Assembly: GCA_014905635.1 (NCBI GenBank)
Contig: JABVCE010000014.1
Location: 496,001-560,000 of the forward strand
Direction: 5' to 3'
DNA from: Scenedesmus sp. PABB004
Lineage: Eukaryota
DNA length: 64,000 bases
A program made the position numbers and the translations under genes. The notes under the pieces were generated by a model that worked only from the letters and a program-made list of their open reading frames with translations, did not search any database and was not told where the DNA came from. Positions within the stretch are counted from its first letter, which is position 1. Each line of letters opens with the position of its first letter. Of the stretch, positions 45,642 through 58,799 are shown one piece after another.

Positions 45642-48600
45642 TGCCGGGCCGCGCCGCAGGTCGCCGCTGGACCCGTCGGCGAGTCAGTACGACTGGGGCG
45701 GCGACGGCGCCGACTCGCTGGCCACGCTGGACCCGATGAGCTCCATGCTCGGTGCGTGGCAGCAGGGTTTAGGGGGTTGAGGGGAGAGGGTTTAGGCCTG
45801 CTGCTGGCTGTGCTTGCCTGCAGCCGCGCCGGCGCGTGCCTGCGCGCGCCGACGCCGCGCGCTGCCCGCGGCCCGGCGTTCGTGGTCAGGCGACTACGAC
45901 GTGGACGGCCCCGGCGGCGGCGGCGGCGGCGCGGCCGGCCCCGGCGTCGGCGTGTACATGGGGCAGCGCAAGGTGCGGCGGCGGCGGCCCCGGCGGCGGC
46001 GGCGGCGCGGTCGGCGGCCGCGCACAGGCTGCTGCGCGCGCGGCGTGTGGGTGGCGCCGAGGCCGCCGCCGCCGCCGCCGCCGCCAGGTGCTGGGCACGG
46101 GGGAGCTGTTCGGGGAGATCAGTTTTTTCACAGAGATTCCGCAGATGGCCACCGTGCGGTGAGGATGCCACGACACACGCCCGCCCGCGCGGCGGCGCCC
46201 GTGCCCCTGCGGCCGCGCGGGCGCCCACACCGCTCGCGCCACGCCGCGTGCGCCGCGCAGCTCGCTGAGCACGGTGCGTGTCATGGTCATCAGCCGCGTC
46301 GCTTTCGAGTCGATCGAGCGCAACTTCCCCATTGCCAGCCGCCTGGTGCTGGAGAACCTGCGCCGCCGCAGCGAGGCCGAGGTGCGCGGCGCCGCGCGCG
46401 CGCGCGCGCGCGCGCGGCCGCCGCCGCCGCCGCCGCCGCCGCCGCGGCGGGGGCGCCCGGGGCGGTCAGGTGTGTGTGTGCGCGCCGGCGCCGGCGCGCG
46501 CGCGCGGGCCCGACCCCGCCCCGCCCCGCGCGTGCGTGTGCCAGGTCGCTGCCGAGTTCCCTGGGCTGGCTGGCAACCGCGCGGAGCTGCAGCAGCTGCT
46601 CGCCGGCTGCCCGAGCAGCCTGATGTACAGCTGGGCTAGCCCTGAGCTGGTGAGCGCCCCGCCGCGGGGCCTCCTGCGCCCGCCCGGCCGCGATGCGCAC
46701 GCGCGCGCCCGCCCTCGTTGTCGTGTGCCGGAGCAGCGGGTGCTGCTCACGTGCCTGCGCCGACGCACCACCACCGCCGCCGCCGCGCCGCCGCCGCGCC
46801 GCCAGGTGGAGCTGATGATGTCGGGCGGCGACGGCCCCGCGCCCGCGGCCGCGCTGCCGTCGCCCGCCGCGCTCGCCGCGCTGAGCAGCGGCAGCGGCAG
46901 CTGGGACGACGACCCCGTTGCCATCGCCGCGCTCGCCGCCGCGGGGCGGGCCCCCGGCGCCCGCGGCGCGGCCGCGCGCGGCCCCGCGCCGCCGCCGTCC
47001 AGCTACGGCGCCGGCGCCGGCGGCGGCGGCTCCCCGCCCGGCGGCGTGCTGGGCGGCGGGAGCAAGCTGAGCGCGCGGCAGGAGCTTGTGCTCAGCAACC
47101 TGGTGCGCGTGACGGCCGTCATAACGCAGCACATGGCCAAGCAGGACGAGGACCGCACCACCGACTTCCTGTGAGTCCGGGGCGCGCGTGGGGCAGCGCT
47201 GGTTGCTGGCCCCTGCGCACCACCGCACGGCCCCGTGGCCGCCCTGGTCAAACGCCGACGCCGCGCCGCCCCGCCGCCCCGCGCCGCAGCTACGCGGCGA
47301 CGCGCGGCGACGCGACCAAGCTGCGCGCCATGCTGCAGCAGGGGTGCGCGCGCGCGCGGGGACGTGGCACGGCTGCAGCAGCGGCACCCCGCGCGCCCCG
47401 GCCGGGGCCCCGCCCCGCCGCGCCTTCCTCTCCCCGCCCACCGCTCCGCGCCACGCCGCGTTGCGCCGCGCCGCCCCTGCCGCAGCTTCAACCCCGACAG
47501 CGCCGACTACGACGGCCGCACCGCGCTCATGCTTGCGTGCGTGCGCGGCCACCGTGACGTGGCAGACCTGCTCCTCGCCGCCGGTGCGCGCCGGCGCCGC
47601 CGCCCGCGCGCGCCCGGGCGGCCCGACTGGGCAGCTCCTCACCACCAGCCGGCCGGCCCGTGCGCCCCACAAAAACCAAAAATCTAATCACAAAATTAAC
47701 CGCGCCGCAGGCGCCGACCCGCGGCTGGACGACAACCTGGGGCGCTCCGCGCTGCTCGAGGCGTGCTACCACGGGCATGACGCCATCATCGACACCCTGG
47801 TCAACTCCGGCGTGCGCCTGGTCAGCGGCGGCCCCGGCGCGCCCGGCCGCGCCGTCACGAGCGGCAGCGCGCGCAGCAACATCAGCGGCCGCGGCGCGGG
47901 CGTGCCCGGCGGCGGCGCCGGCGGCAGCGGCGACCCCGCCGCCGCGGCGGGCTACGGCAGCCTCAGCGGCGCCGGCGCCGCCGGCGCCGGCGCCGGTGCC
48001 GAGGGCGCGCCCGCGGACGGCGGCGCCAGCGCGAGCTGGTCGCTGCAGCTCGCGAGCCTGCTGTGCAACTCGGTGTACGAGTGCAACCTGCCACTGCTGC
48101 GCCGCCTGCTGCGCGCCGGCGCGCCGGTCGACACGGGCGACTACGACAAGCGCACCGCGCTGCACATCGCCGCCGCCGAGGGCAACGCCGTGATGGTGCG
48201 CGCGCCCGGAGGGGGGGGGGCACGGCACGGCACGGCCGGGGCGGGCAGCGGTGCGGGCAGCGGGCCGCGCCCGGCCGACCGGGCGCGCCTCGCCCGCCGG
48301 CCGCGCGACTGACGCCGCCGCCGCGCCCACCGCCGCGTCCGCCGCCGCGTCCACACAGCTGCGCGTGCTGGTCGAGGAGGGCGGGGCAAACATCTTCGTT
48401 CGCGACCGCTGGGGCAACACGCCGCTGGCGGAGGCCAAGCGCGTGGGCGCCGCCATGGTGGTCACATACCTGGAGGCCGCCTCGACCGCGGCGGCCGCGC
48501 GGCGCGCCGCGGAGCACGAGGCCGCGTGGCAGGCGCGCGCGCTGGAGGAGCAGCGCCGCCAGAGCGCGGCGGCGGCGGGCGGCGCGCCCGCGGCGGCGGG

Positions 48601-49111
48601 CGGCGGCGGCGCGCCGGCGCCGGCGCCGGCGCCGCGCGCGGCGCCCGTCTCGCGCGCGGCGCTGGAGGCGGAGCAGCAGGCGCGGGCCGAGGCGGAGCTG
48701 CGCCGGCAGCAGCTCGCGCAGGCGGTGCGCGTGCGCGCAGAGGTGCGCGGCGGCGCGCGGCAGCGCAGCGTGGAGGCGGTCAGCCAGCTGCTGCAGCTCG
48801 CCGACCAGGCGCAGCAGGCGCTCAAGGTGAAGGCGCAGCAGATTGACTTGGAGCTGGCAGACCGCAACCAGCGCGCGCAGGCCGGCGGCGACGCGGCGGG
48901 CCCGCCCGGCGGCGGCGCCGCCGACGCCGCCGCGTGCGACGGCGGCAGCCCTGACGCCGGCGGCGCCGCCGCGCCGGAGCCGGGTGCCGGTGCCGGCGCC
49001 GGCGTGCCCGGGCGGCGGGGCACAAACAACATTGTCAAGCTGGGCAGCGTGCAGGCGGCCGCCGGCCCGCCCGCGGCAGCGCCGACGCCGGCTCCCGGGC
49101 AGCAGCAGTAG
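42165..49111 (+). CDS. Plant Shaker/AKT-SKOR-like 6-TM channel with cNMP-binding domain and ankyrin repeats; atypical pore
   Basis: INPHHPVYRAW, DLLSAIPFDW, S4 LVRLYRVRWFF, LYLTHWVAC, YVYSLYWAVTTL, FNIALGAYILGTITLLVVK, GELFGEISFF, ankyrins DYDGRTALMLA and DYDKRTALHIAAAEG, DRWGNTPL. The start codon is uncertain. Confidence 0.92.
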
Positions 49112-50437
49112 CGCGAGCGGAGCCCGCCGTGGGGGTGGGGGGAGGCATTGCGCGCACTCGCTGCGCGTGGCACGCAGTGCGCGTGGGAGAACGGGGGCAG
49201 CGCGGGGGTGTGCAGGCCAAGCCGGCTGCCAATTGGTGGCCGCGCCGCGCCAAACATGTGTACACGACAAGCTGTGTGTGTGTGTGGGGGGGGGGCAGTT
49301 CGTTTGTACATCGGACGCTGCCAGGCCTGTATGCTAGGGGGTGTGCACCCCCTGGCGGCGCACGGGCGCGCACTGACGCCCCGGTCTCAGCGTACAGATC
49401 GGGTGCAGAGCAGTCAGCCTGGGGGCTGGGGCAGCTGGGCGCGTGCTGGGGCAGCTGGACGCGTGCTGGGGGTTGGGCGGCAGGCCGCGGCGCCGCCCGT
49501 CGCTTTCTTGTCTGGGTTTTTGTGCCACGCACCCACAACCACGCGTCACGTGCTGTTGCGCGTGCTGCAGCCCGGCGCGCATGTGGTGCCGCGGCCGCCG
49601 CTGCGGCGGACCCAGCGGGGGGCCGCAGGTTGCGGTCGCGGCACGGCAGGAGCGCGCGCGCGCTTGGATCACTGCACTGGCATTGCGGGCCCGCGTGCGC
49701 ACGCGACGGTGGGTGGGTGTGCACCCACGTGGGTGCGGTCCAGGAACTCGCCGCGCCCGGCCCGCCGCCCGCCCGCAGCGCGCCCCTGGTCTTGTCGGCC
49801 AGCTCTCAGGCCAGTTCCGTCGGCGCCGCCCGCCGGGGCGGGATCAGCGGTCACAGCGGGGGGCCTGCCCGCGGCCACTGCCGGTCGCGGCGTGGAAGGG
49901 GACTCCCGCTCCCCCACGGAGAGGGGGCGCGGCGCGGGGCGGCGGCGCGAGATGCCCGTGGTGGCGCGCGCGCAGCAGCGGCGCGCGCAGCGGCCGGTGA
50001 CGCCTGCGCTCACAACCGCCGCCGGCACGGTGCGGCGCGATCCAAGCGCTACCGCCCAGCCAAGGGAGGCGCGCCGCCGCAGCTCAGCCGGCGGCGCGGA
50101 ACATCGGCGTTGGGCGCCGGCGATGGGCGGCCGCCACGCGGCGGCTCAGCACGGTCTATGCTTGTTACAGTCCCTGGTGATGTAATGCGCGGTGGGCGGA
50201 GGCGTCTCGCGGCGGCGGGAAGGTACGTAATTTGTGCCCGTGCGCCCGTGCATCCCGTGCTGCGGGTTCAGCACTACGGGCGGCCGCCCTGCCCGCGCCC
50301 GGCGCACACCCACCTGATCTGACCAACCCAGGGCGCCACCGAGCCACGCAAGCGGCGCGGCGCCCGCAGCCAGCAGAGCCGAACCTCCCTAGCACGCCGG
50401 GCTGCCCCTGGGGCGGGGGGCTGGCCTGGCGGTCGCC

Positions 50438-53400
50438 ATGCGGCTGGCGGCCGCGCTCACGGTCTGGGTCGCGCTGCTGGCCGCGCACCCGGCGCACAGC
50501 GCGGCCGACGCCCAGGCGCTCGCACAGGCCGCGGCGCCGCCCGGCGCCTGCAAGACGGGGTACGCCGCCGACTCCACCGGCTGTGGTGAGCACGGGAGGC
50601 CGCGCTGGGGTGCGCGCCGCTATAAACTGGGGGGCCTCCCCGCAGCTTCGGCGCCGTCGGCCGTGCGCGGACGGCCGTGGCCGCGTGATCGGGCCCGCAC
50701 GCGCGGGCAGACGGCGGCGCGGGCGCGCGCCGGCACCGGCGTGAGCTGCTGCCGGCGTCGGCGGCGCGCGAGCAGCGGGGCCGGTGACGCCGCGGCGCCG
50801 ACGCCCCGGCGGCCCGCGCACGCCCCGCGCCTCCGCCCGCGTAGCCTGTGCGACCGGCTGGGGCTCGCACGTGCCCGGCTGGCCCGACGCGACCTACCCG
50901 ACGCGGCGGCCGACCTGCGCGCTCTTCACGCCGGGCAAGGACAAGCCGTACAAGGCTGGCACCACCTTCCCGCCCGCCGGCAAGGGCGCGGGGAAGTGCT
51001 TCTGCTTCCGCTGCCCCGAGGGCTTCACGACGAAGGGCGGGCGGCTGAACCGCGCCGACGCGGCGTGCAAGCGCGCTCCGACGCTCACGCTGGTGGTCGC
51101 CTACACCGTGTCCGCGCCCGGCGGCGCGGCGTGCAACACCAAGCTCAGCGCCGCGGCGAGCGCCAAGCTGCTCGCGGCGCTCAAGCGCACGGCCAAGGTC
51201 GACGCACAGCAGCTGCTGTCGGGCGCGAGCTGCGCTGCCTCGCCGGTGCGCGGCGCCGCCGTGCGCGAGGGCGCGCGCGCGCGCGCGCGCGCGCCTGCCT
51301 TGCAGCAAAGGGGGCGGGCCGGCGGCGCCGCGCCACGCCGCCGCTCACGCCCGCCCGCGCGCCGCAGGCCGGCACGGTGTCGGGGAGCGGCGCTGGCAGC
51401 CAGCAGCTGGTGCTGCGGCTGTCTTACACGGGCGCCGACGCGCCGAAGCGTCTCGCGCAGTTCCGCTCCGTGGCACGGCGGGTCAACCTGCCGCCGAGCG
51501 CCTCGGCCGGCCCGTGCGCGTTTGGCGTGTGCGCCGCCGTGTCCAAGGCGTCGGGTGGCGCGGCGAGCGTCAGCGCGGCCGTCGCAGACGTGACGTCCTC
51601 GTTCGTGCAGCCGGGCGGCAACCCCTCGCCGGCGCCTGCAGGCGCGCGGCAGCTGCGCTGCGCGCGCGCGCGTGCATGCGGCCGCCCGGCCGGGCGCCGC
51701 CGCCCGCGGCGCTGCCGACCGCCCGCCGCCCCGCCCCGCCCCGCCCCGCCCCGTCCCGCCCCGCCCCGCCCCGCCCCGCCCCGCCCCGCCCCGCCCCGCC
51801 CCGCCCCGCCCCGCCCCGCCCCGCCCCGCCCCGCCCCGCCCCGCCCCGCCCCGCCCCGCCCCGCCCGCACAGGCTGCACGCTGACGGGCTGCGAGGTGTC
51901 GGCGTGCCGGACGGGCACGTGCAACGCCGCGAGCGGGCAGTGCAGCTTTGCCAGCCTGGTGGACGGCACCGCCTGCAGCGACAGCGCCGTCACGGGCGCG
52001 TGCCGGGGCGGCTTCTGCATCGGGTTCAACGCCAACATCGAGGCCGCCGCGCAGGGCGTGACGGAGCCCGTGATCTTCAAGGCGCGCTTCGCGCCCGGCG
52101 GCGCCGGCAGCGCGGCGGGCGGGTCGGTGACGCTCAACGGCGTGCGCAACGGCAGCGACGTCGGCGAGGTGCTCGGCACGCTCTACGACGACGGCAGCCG
52201 CCTGCACGAGGACCGCTTCGCCGGCGACGGCGTCTACTCCAACGTCATCCTCCTCACCTTTGAGGAGCGCGACGTGCCGGTCTACAAGTCCTTCTACATC
52301 TCCCTGCTCGGCGCGGCCGACCGCAGCGCGCAGGTCGGCATCGCCGCCGTCACGACGCGCATCGACACGCTGCTGGAGCTCTTCCCGACCGAGCAGGTCG
52401 TCACGACGGTGCAGGCGCGCGTGGACGAGATCGTCGCCGCCGGCGCGAGCCCCGAGGCCGCGATCAGCGCAATCTATGACCTCCTCATAGAGTACAACGC
52501 GGTCGACGGCGGCGGCAGCGGCGGCGGCGCCGCCGGGCGGCGGCGCCTCGCGGCGGTCAACGTGACCTCGGTGCTCGACCGCGTCGACGCGGCGACCGTG
52601 CGCCGCGCCACGGAGCGGCGCGTCGAGTTCAAGACGCGCGAGGGCTTCCCGCTCGTCGTCTACGTGCCGGCGACCTACGGCACGCGCCTGACCGGCGGCA
52701 AGTGCGGCGGCGCCCGCCGCCTGCTCGCGCACAGCAGCAGCGCGCAGCAGCGCGCGGCGGGGGCGCCCAGCGGTTGCGGCGGCCAGCTGGCGCTGGCGGC
52801 GCCGGTCGGGCCGGAGCCGCAGCGCAGCGGCAGCGGCAGCGGCAGCGGCAGCGGCGGCGGTGCAGCCGCAGCCGCCGCGCTGCGCGCGCCGAGCGCCGCC
52901 GCGGCGGCGCTCGCGTCGGCGGCGCCCGACTACGCGAGCCTCGCGCGCAGCGCCGCGCGGCGGCGGCTGCAGGCGGAGCAGTGCTCCACGCCCAAGGGCG
53001 AGGTGCTGGTGCTCGCGCCGTATTACGCGGAGAACCAGTGCACGCCCGCGGGCGACGAGGCGGGCACGATCGCGGCGCTCTACGCGGCGGGCGGCTACGC
53101 GGTGACGTTCAAGTGCAACGACGCCGACGCGTGCCCCGCGGGCCCGCCGGGGCTGGACGACTTCACCGGCTGGTCGCGCTACGCGGCGGTCGTCGTGTCG
53201 ACGCGCGGCGACGACGACCCGGCCGGCAACAGCCCCGTGCTGCTCACGCGCGCGCCGATCGACGTGCAGGCCTACATGCTCGACTGGCTCGCCGGCCGCG
53301 TGCTGCTGACCGCGGACGGCCTCGCCGCGCTGCGGCCGAGCTGGTTCGCCAAGTACCGCGACGCGCCGGGGTCGGAGCCGGGGCGCACGGTCGTGTACCT

Positions 53401-56400
53401 CGCGTCGGACCGCTCCGCGGTCAGCCCGCCCGCGTCGGAGCGCGACCGCGTCGAGGAGAAGGGCTTTGCCGCCGCGTTCTGGTCCATGGCCGGCGCGGCC
53501 GGGTTCGCGGGCTACACCGGCTACCTCTCGCGCACGTTTGACGCGCCGCCGGGCGTCGCGCTCGCGCGGCACCTGCTCGGCGGCGGCAAGCTTGACGGCG
53601 ACGCGGGCACGGGCGCGACGGACAAGCTCACGGGCGCGGCGCTGCGCATCTACGCGTACACCCCCGGCGCGACGCTGCTGGACCGCTGCAAGTCCAAGTG
53701 CGACGGCGTCGTGTGCAGCGCGCCGGCGTGCCCCGACGGCGGCGACGGCGGCGGGACCTGCAACAGCCTGACGGGCACGTGCGACGTCAGCTGCTGCGCC
53801 CTGCCCGACGGCGCCGACTGCACGCTGCGCGGCGTCAAGAGCAAGTGCTTGAACAAGAAGTGTGTCGGTGAGTCGGCGCGCCGCGGGCGGGGAGGGGATG
53901 GATGGGGGACGGCGCTCAGCCGGCGGCGTCGGGCCCGCCGCAGCGCCGGCCCACGCCGCCCCCGGGGCCGCCCCCGCCGCCCGCGCGCCGCCGCGCAGAC
54001 AAGTGCTCGGCCGCGGTGTGCAGCGCGCTGCCGTGCAAGGATCTGGTGGACACCGGCACCGTCTGCAGCCCCACGTCCGGCCTGTGCCCCACCCGGGACC
54101 AGGCCGACGGCACCAGCTGCAGCTTCCAGGGCGGCCTGGGGCGCTGCATCTCGGGGAGCTGCAAGGGTGAGCGCGGCGCGCGGCGCGGCGCGGGCGCGCC
54201 CGTGCAGCAGCACTGCGCCAGGCCGACAGACGGCGTGGCTGAGCTGGCGCCGCCGCCCCTCCTCCCATCCCGGCAGGCCTGCTGCGCGTATATTATCGGG
54301 TGAGCGGCCCCGAGACGAGCTTCCCAGACTCCCTCACCTCTGCGGCGGCGATGAACGCGTTTGCCACCAGCGTGCACGCCTCGCTCGGGCTCGACGCCTC
54401 CTACCCCATCAGCCGCATCAGCGTGCTCGTCGTGCAGGCGCCGACGCGCAGCGCGCGCGGCCTGCTCGCCGCGGCGCCTCCGGCCACGACCGCGCGGCTC
54501 GCCGCGGAGCTCGTGGACGACCTGCCGGCGGCGCGCTTCTTCAGGGTGATGGGCTCGGGGCCGCGCATGCGCTTCACGCCGCCGTTCGGGTCGGATCTGT
54601 CCGCGGCGCGCACCGACGCAGACGGCAATGAGGTCGACGTGGTCATCGAGAACACAGGTGGGTGCCACCGCGCCGCGGCGCGCGCACGCGCACGCGCACG
54701 CGCACGCGCACGCGCAGGCGCGCGCACGCGGGCGCGGCGCCGGCGCTCACGCGCGCCGCCGCGCGCGCGCCGCGCCCGCAGGCACGGTGGACCCCTGCGC
54801 CAGCAAGGTGTGCCCCGAGAAGGATGCGTGCACCAAGCCCGCCTGCGACAGCAAGTCCGGCGCGTGCACCTACACCCCCGCGAACGAGGGCGCCGCGTGC
54901 GGGGCCAACGCCACCTGCACGGCGGCCGGCAAGTGCGCCCCCAAACGTGAGCGAGCCGCGCGCGCTGCGAGGCGCGGGCGCAGGGGTGAGCTGCTGCGGG
55001 CGCCGCCTCGCGCCTGACGCCCCGCCCCGCCCGACGCCGCGCCCCGCCCCCGCGCCACCAGTGGCCGACGCTGACGTCGGCTCCCAGGAGACGCCCGCTG
55101 ACTCGCCCCCTCCTGTCTCACCCTCTCCTGACACACCCCCACCCTGGTTCGACCCCTGCGCGGGCAACCCCTGCGCGAGGGTGGACGGCGCCGAGCTGAA
55201 CCGTACCTGCGAGGTGGTGGGCGCCTCGTTCCGCTGCACCTGCAAGGCCGGCTACACCTGGACCGGCTCTGCGTGCACAAGTAAGCGCCCCCTGCGGCTG
55301 CACGGCTGCGGCAGCTGCGTAGCTCGCGCAGCGCGGCTGACCGCTGCCCGCCGCCTGCTGCGCCACAGACACAGACGAGTGTTTGCCCAGTGACCCGTGC
55401 GCCAACATCACCGGGGCAGTGCCGGGCACCTGCGTCGACAGAGCGGCGCCCCAGACCGGCTTTGTCTGCAACTGCACGGCCGGGCTCAAGTGGGATGCAA
55501 GCTTGGCGACGCCCGCTTGCGTGGGTGAGTTCAAACGCGCGCGCCGGCCCGTGGGCGGGGACCCGGCCTGTGCGCTCCGGCGCGCGCGGCTGACGCGGCC
55601 GTCGCCGCCGCCGCACGCAGACATTGATGGCTGCAGCGGCAACCCCTGCGCCAGCATCGCCGGCGCGGTGTCAACCAGCTGCCAGGACCTGCCTGCGCCG
55701 GCCAGCGGCTTCACGTGCAACTGCACGGCCGGGCGCACGTGGAACGCGAGCTTGGCGACCCCTGCCTGCGTGGGTGAGTTGAAGAGACGCTCACGCATGA
55801 GCGGGGACCGGCCAGTGCGCTCCGGGGGCGTGTGTGCGTGACCATCACGGCCGTCGCCGCCGCCGCACGCAGACATTGACGGCTGCAGCGGCAACCCTTG
55901 CGCCAGCATCACCGGCGCGGTGTCGAGCAGCTGCCAGGACCTGCCTGCGCCGGCCAGCGGCTTCACGTGCAACTGCACGGCCGGGCGCACGTGGAACGCG
56001 AGCTTGGCGACCCCTGCCTGCGTGGGTGAGTTGAAGAGACGCTCACGCATGAGCGGGGACCGGCCAGTGCGCTCCGGGGGCGCGCGTGCGTGACCAACGC
56101 GGCCGTCGCCGCTGCCGCTGCCGCACGCAGACATTGACGGCTGCAGCGGCAACCCCTGCGCCAGCATCACCGGCGCGGTGTCGAGCAGCTGCCAGGACCT
56201 GCCTGCGCCGGCCAGCGGCTTCACGTGCAACTGCACGGCCGGGCGCACGTGGAACGCGAGCTTGGCGACCCCTGCCTGCGTGGGTGAGTTGAAGAGACGC
56301 TCACGCATGAGCGGGGACCGGCCAGTGCGCTCCGGGGGCGTGTGTGCGTGACCAACGCGGCCGTCGCCGCCGCCGCACGCAGACATTGACGGCTGCAGCG

Positions 56401-58799
56401 GCAACCCCTGCGCCAGCATCACCGGCGCGGTGTCGAGCAGCTGCCAGGACCTGCCTGCGCCGGCCAGCGGCTTCACGTGCAACTGCACGGCCGGGCGCAC
56501 GTGGAACGCGAGCTTGGCGACCCCTGCCTGCGTGGGTGAGTTGAAGAGACGCTCACGCATGAGCGGGGACCGGCCAGTGCGCTCCGGGGGCGCGCGTGCG
56601 TGACCAACGCGGCCGTCGCCGCTGCCGCACGCAGACATTGACGGCTGCAGCGGCAACCCCTGCGCCAGCATCGCCGGCGCGGTGTCGAGCAGCTGCCAGG
56701 ACCTGCCTGCGCCGGCCAGCGGCTTCAAGTGCAACTGCAGCGGAGACGCGCAATGGCAGGCTTCCACCGCCACCTGCGTTGGTGCGCGGCGGGCGCGGCC
56801 AGGGGCGGCGGGCGGCTGACGGGGCGCGCGCTGCACCCGCCGGAGCCAGCTGCCACGCTCACCGCCCGCCCGCTGCCCGCCGCCGCACGCGCAGACCCCG
56901 ACCGCTGCGCCAACGTCACCTGCGCCAGCAACGGCTGCAGGGCGGGCAGCTGCAACCCCGCGACCGGCAAGTGCGTCTATGCCAACATCAACCAGAACGG
57001 GACGTGTGCGCTGAGCGAGGCCCGGCGCAGCCCCGTGCGGCGCCGCCCTCCTCGCCGACGCCCGCTGTCGGAGAGCCAGGGCGTGTGCAAGGACGGGGAG
57101 TGCACGGGTGCGTCGGCGGCGCCCCGCGCCGCGCTGGCCTGCAGAGCCTGCAGCAGGCGCTGCGCCCGCCAGCCGCGCCCCCGCCGCGTGTGCGCCTGCG
57201 ACGCGGCCGCCTGCCCGCGACGCGCTTCTGCCCGCAGACCGCTGCGCTGGCGTCAAGTGCGACACCCCGCCCAGCACCTGCCACCAGCCAAACGGGACGT
57301 GCAGCGGCGGCGTGTGCAGCTACAAGCCGCGCGCCGCCGACAGCAGCTGCGCCCTGGATGAAGTCTCACAGGGCGTCTGTGTCACAAAGGACGGCGAAAT
57401 CACCTGCACAGGTGCGTGTGTGTGCGCGCGGGAGCTGGCCTGTGCGGTGCCGGCAGCGCCGCTCCGCTCCGCCCCCGCCACAGCCAGGTGACACCACACC
57501 AACGCCCGCTGCGCCCCGCCCGGCGCGCAGATCTCTGCGCTGGCGTCAAGTGCACGCCCGGCCCCTGCGACCAGGCGTGGTTTTGCTCCGCAGGCAACTG
57601 CATCTTTGAGCCGAAGGCCAACGGGTCGACCTGCTACATTCCCATCAAGGGTGAGGATGAGGCCGAGGACGACAGCGCCGCCTGGAAGCCGGGCGTCTGC
57701 ATCACACAGGAGGAGAAGGGCACCAGCGTCTGCACAGGTGCGTGGGCGGGGCCCTGCCCCCGGCGCTGCGCCTGCTGCTGCGGGCCTGCGCCGGCGGCTG
57801 ACGCGCTGCCGCCCGCCACGCCCGCCCGCCTGAACGTGCGGCGCGCAGACCCGTGCGAAAAGGTCAAGTGCGACGACCCGCCCAACTCCTGCTACGATGC
57901 GTCAACCGGAAAGTGCAGCGGCGGCGTGTGCAGCTACGAACCGCTCAAGGCCGGGAGCGGTTGCAAGCTGGTTGTCGAGGGGAAGGAGACAGGCGAGGAA
58001 GGCCAGTGTGTCACAACTAAGGACGGCGACAGTGTCTGCGCAGGTTGGTGCATGTAGATGTTGCTGCACAGGGTTGCGGGTCACAGATGGGGCATCCCCC
58101 CTCCTGGCCTGCTGGCTTGGCCTGCAGCGCTGCCCTGCCTCGCTCGGCAGCCAGCCAGGTGACGCGCTGCCTCACGCACGCCCGCCGCACCCTGCCCACG
58201 CGCAGCCGTCGTCGCCAAGGAGGGGGCGGAGGCGGCCAAGGTGGTGTGCACGCCTGGCACCTGCCAGCAAGCGGGGTCGTGCAGCTCGTTCGAGTGCTGC
58301 TTTGAGCCAAAGGCCAACGGGTCGACCTGCTTCCTTCCCATCGAGGGTAAGGAGGACGCCAAGGACGACAGCGCCGCCTGGAAGCCGGGCGTCTGCATCA
58401 CACAGGAGGAGAAGGGCACCAGCGTCTGCACAGGTGCGTGGGCGGGGACCTGCCCCCGGCGCTGCGCCTGTCTGCCCGTGGTCCTCCGCCGCCCGCTGAC
58501 GCGCTGCCGGCCGCCTGAACGTGCGGCGCGCAGACCTATGCGAAAAGGTCAAGTGCGACAAGCCGCCCAACGCCTGCCTCAAACCGACCGGGACGTGCAG
58601 CGCCGGCGTGTGCAGCTACACCGAGCCGCAGCCCGACGGCACGGCCTGCCCTGCCGGCGAGGGCCGCGTCGGCTACTGCGAGACCAAGAACCGCAACACA
58701 CTCTGCAAGTGCGTCCCGCCCAGCCGCGACGGAAAGGACGACAAGGGGACTGGCGAGCAGCGCGGCTGCAAGCCGCGCCCGGTCAACACCGGGCGCTAG
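50438..58799 (+). CDS. Large secreted Cys-rich protein: choice-of-anchor-X/CLCA-like motif, C-x-C disulfide repeats and tandem EGF-like domains
   Basis: Signal peptide MRLAAALTVWVALLAAHPAHS; LYDDGSRLHEDRFAGDGVYSN; RRRL sites; DIDGCSGNPC...GFTCNC..G..W EGF repeats; DLCAGVKC/DPCEKVKC repeats. Stop 58797-58799. Confidence 0.85.
51727..51865 (+). repeat. Intronic (CCCCG)n microsatellite; G-quadruplex-prone on the minus strand
   Basis: About 27 tandem 5-mers visible directly. Confidence 0.9.
55590..56780 (+). repeat. Five tandem EGF exon+intron units (252-258 bp)
   Basis: Exons begin at 55621, 55873, 56131, 56383 and 56635, and the introns are nearly identical. Confidence 0.93.

Noticed and set aside
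55590..56780. Regular repeat array as a possible CRISPR
   Set aside because: The units are ~252-bp exon+intron duplicates with no unique spacers and no cas genes, in a eukaryotic locus.
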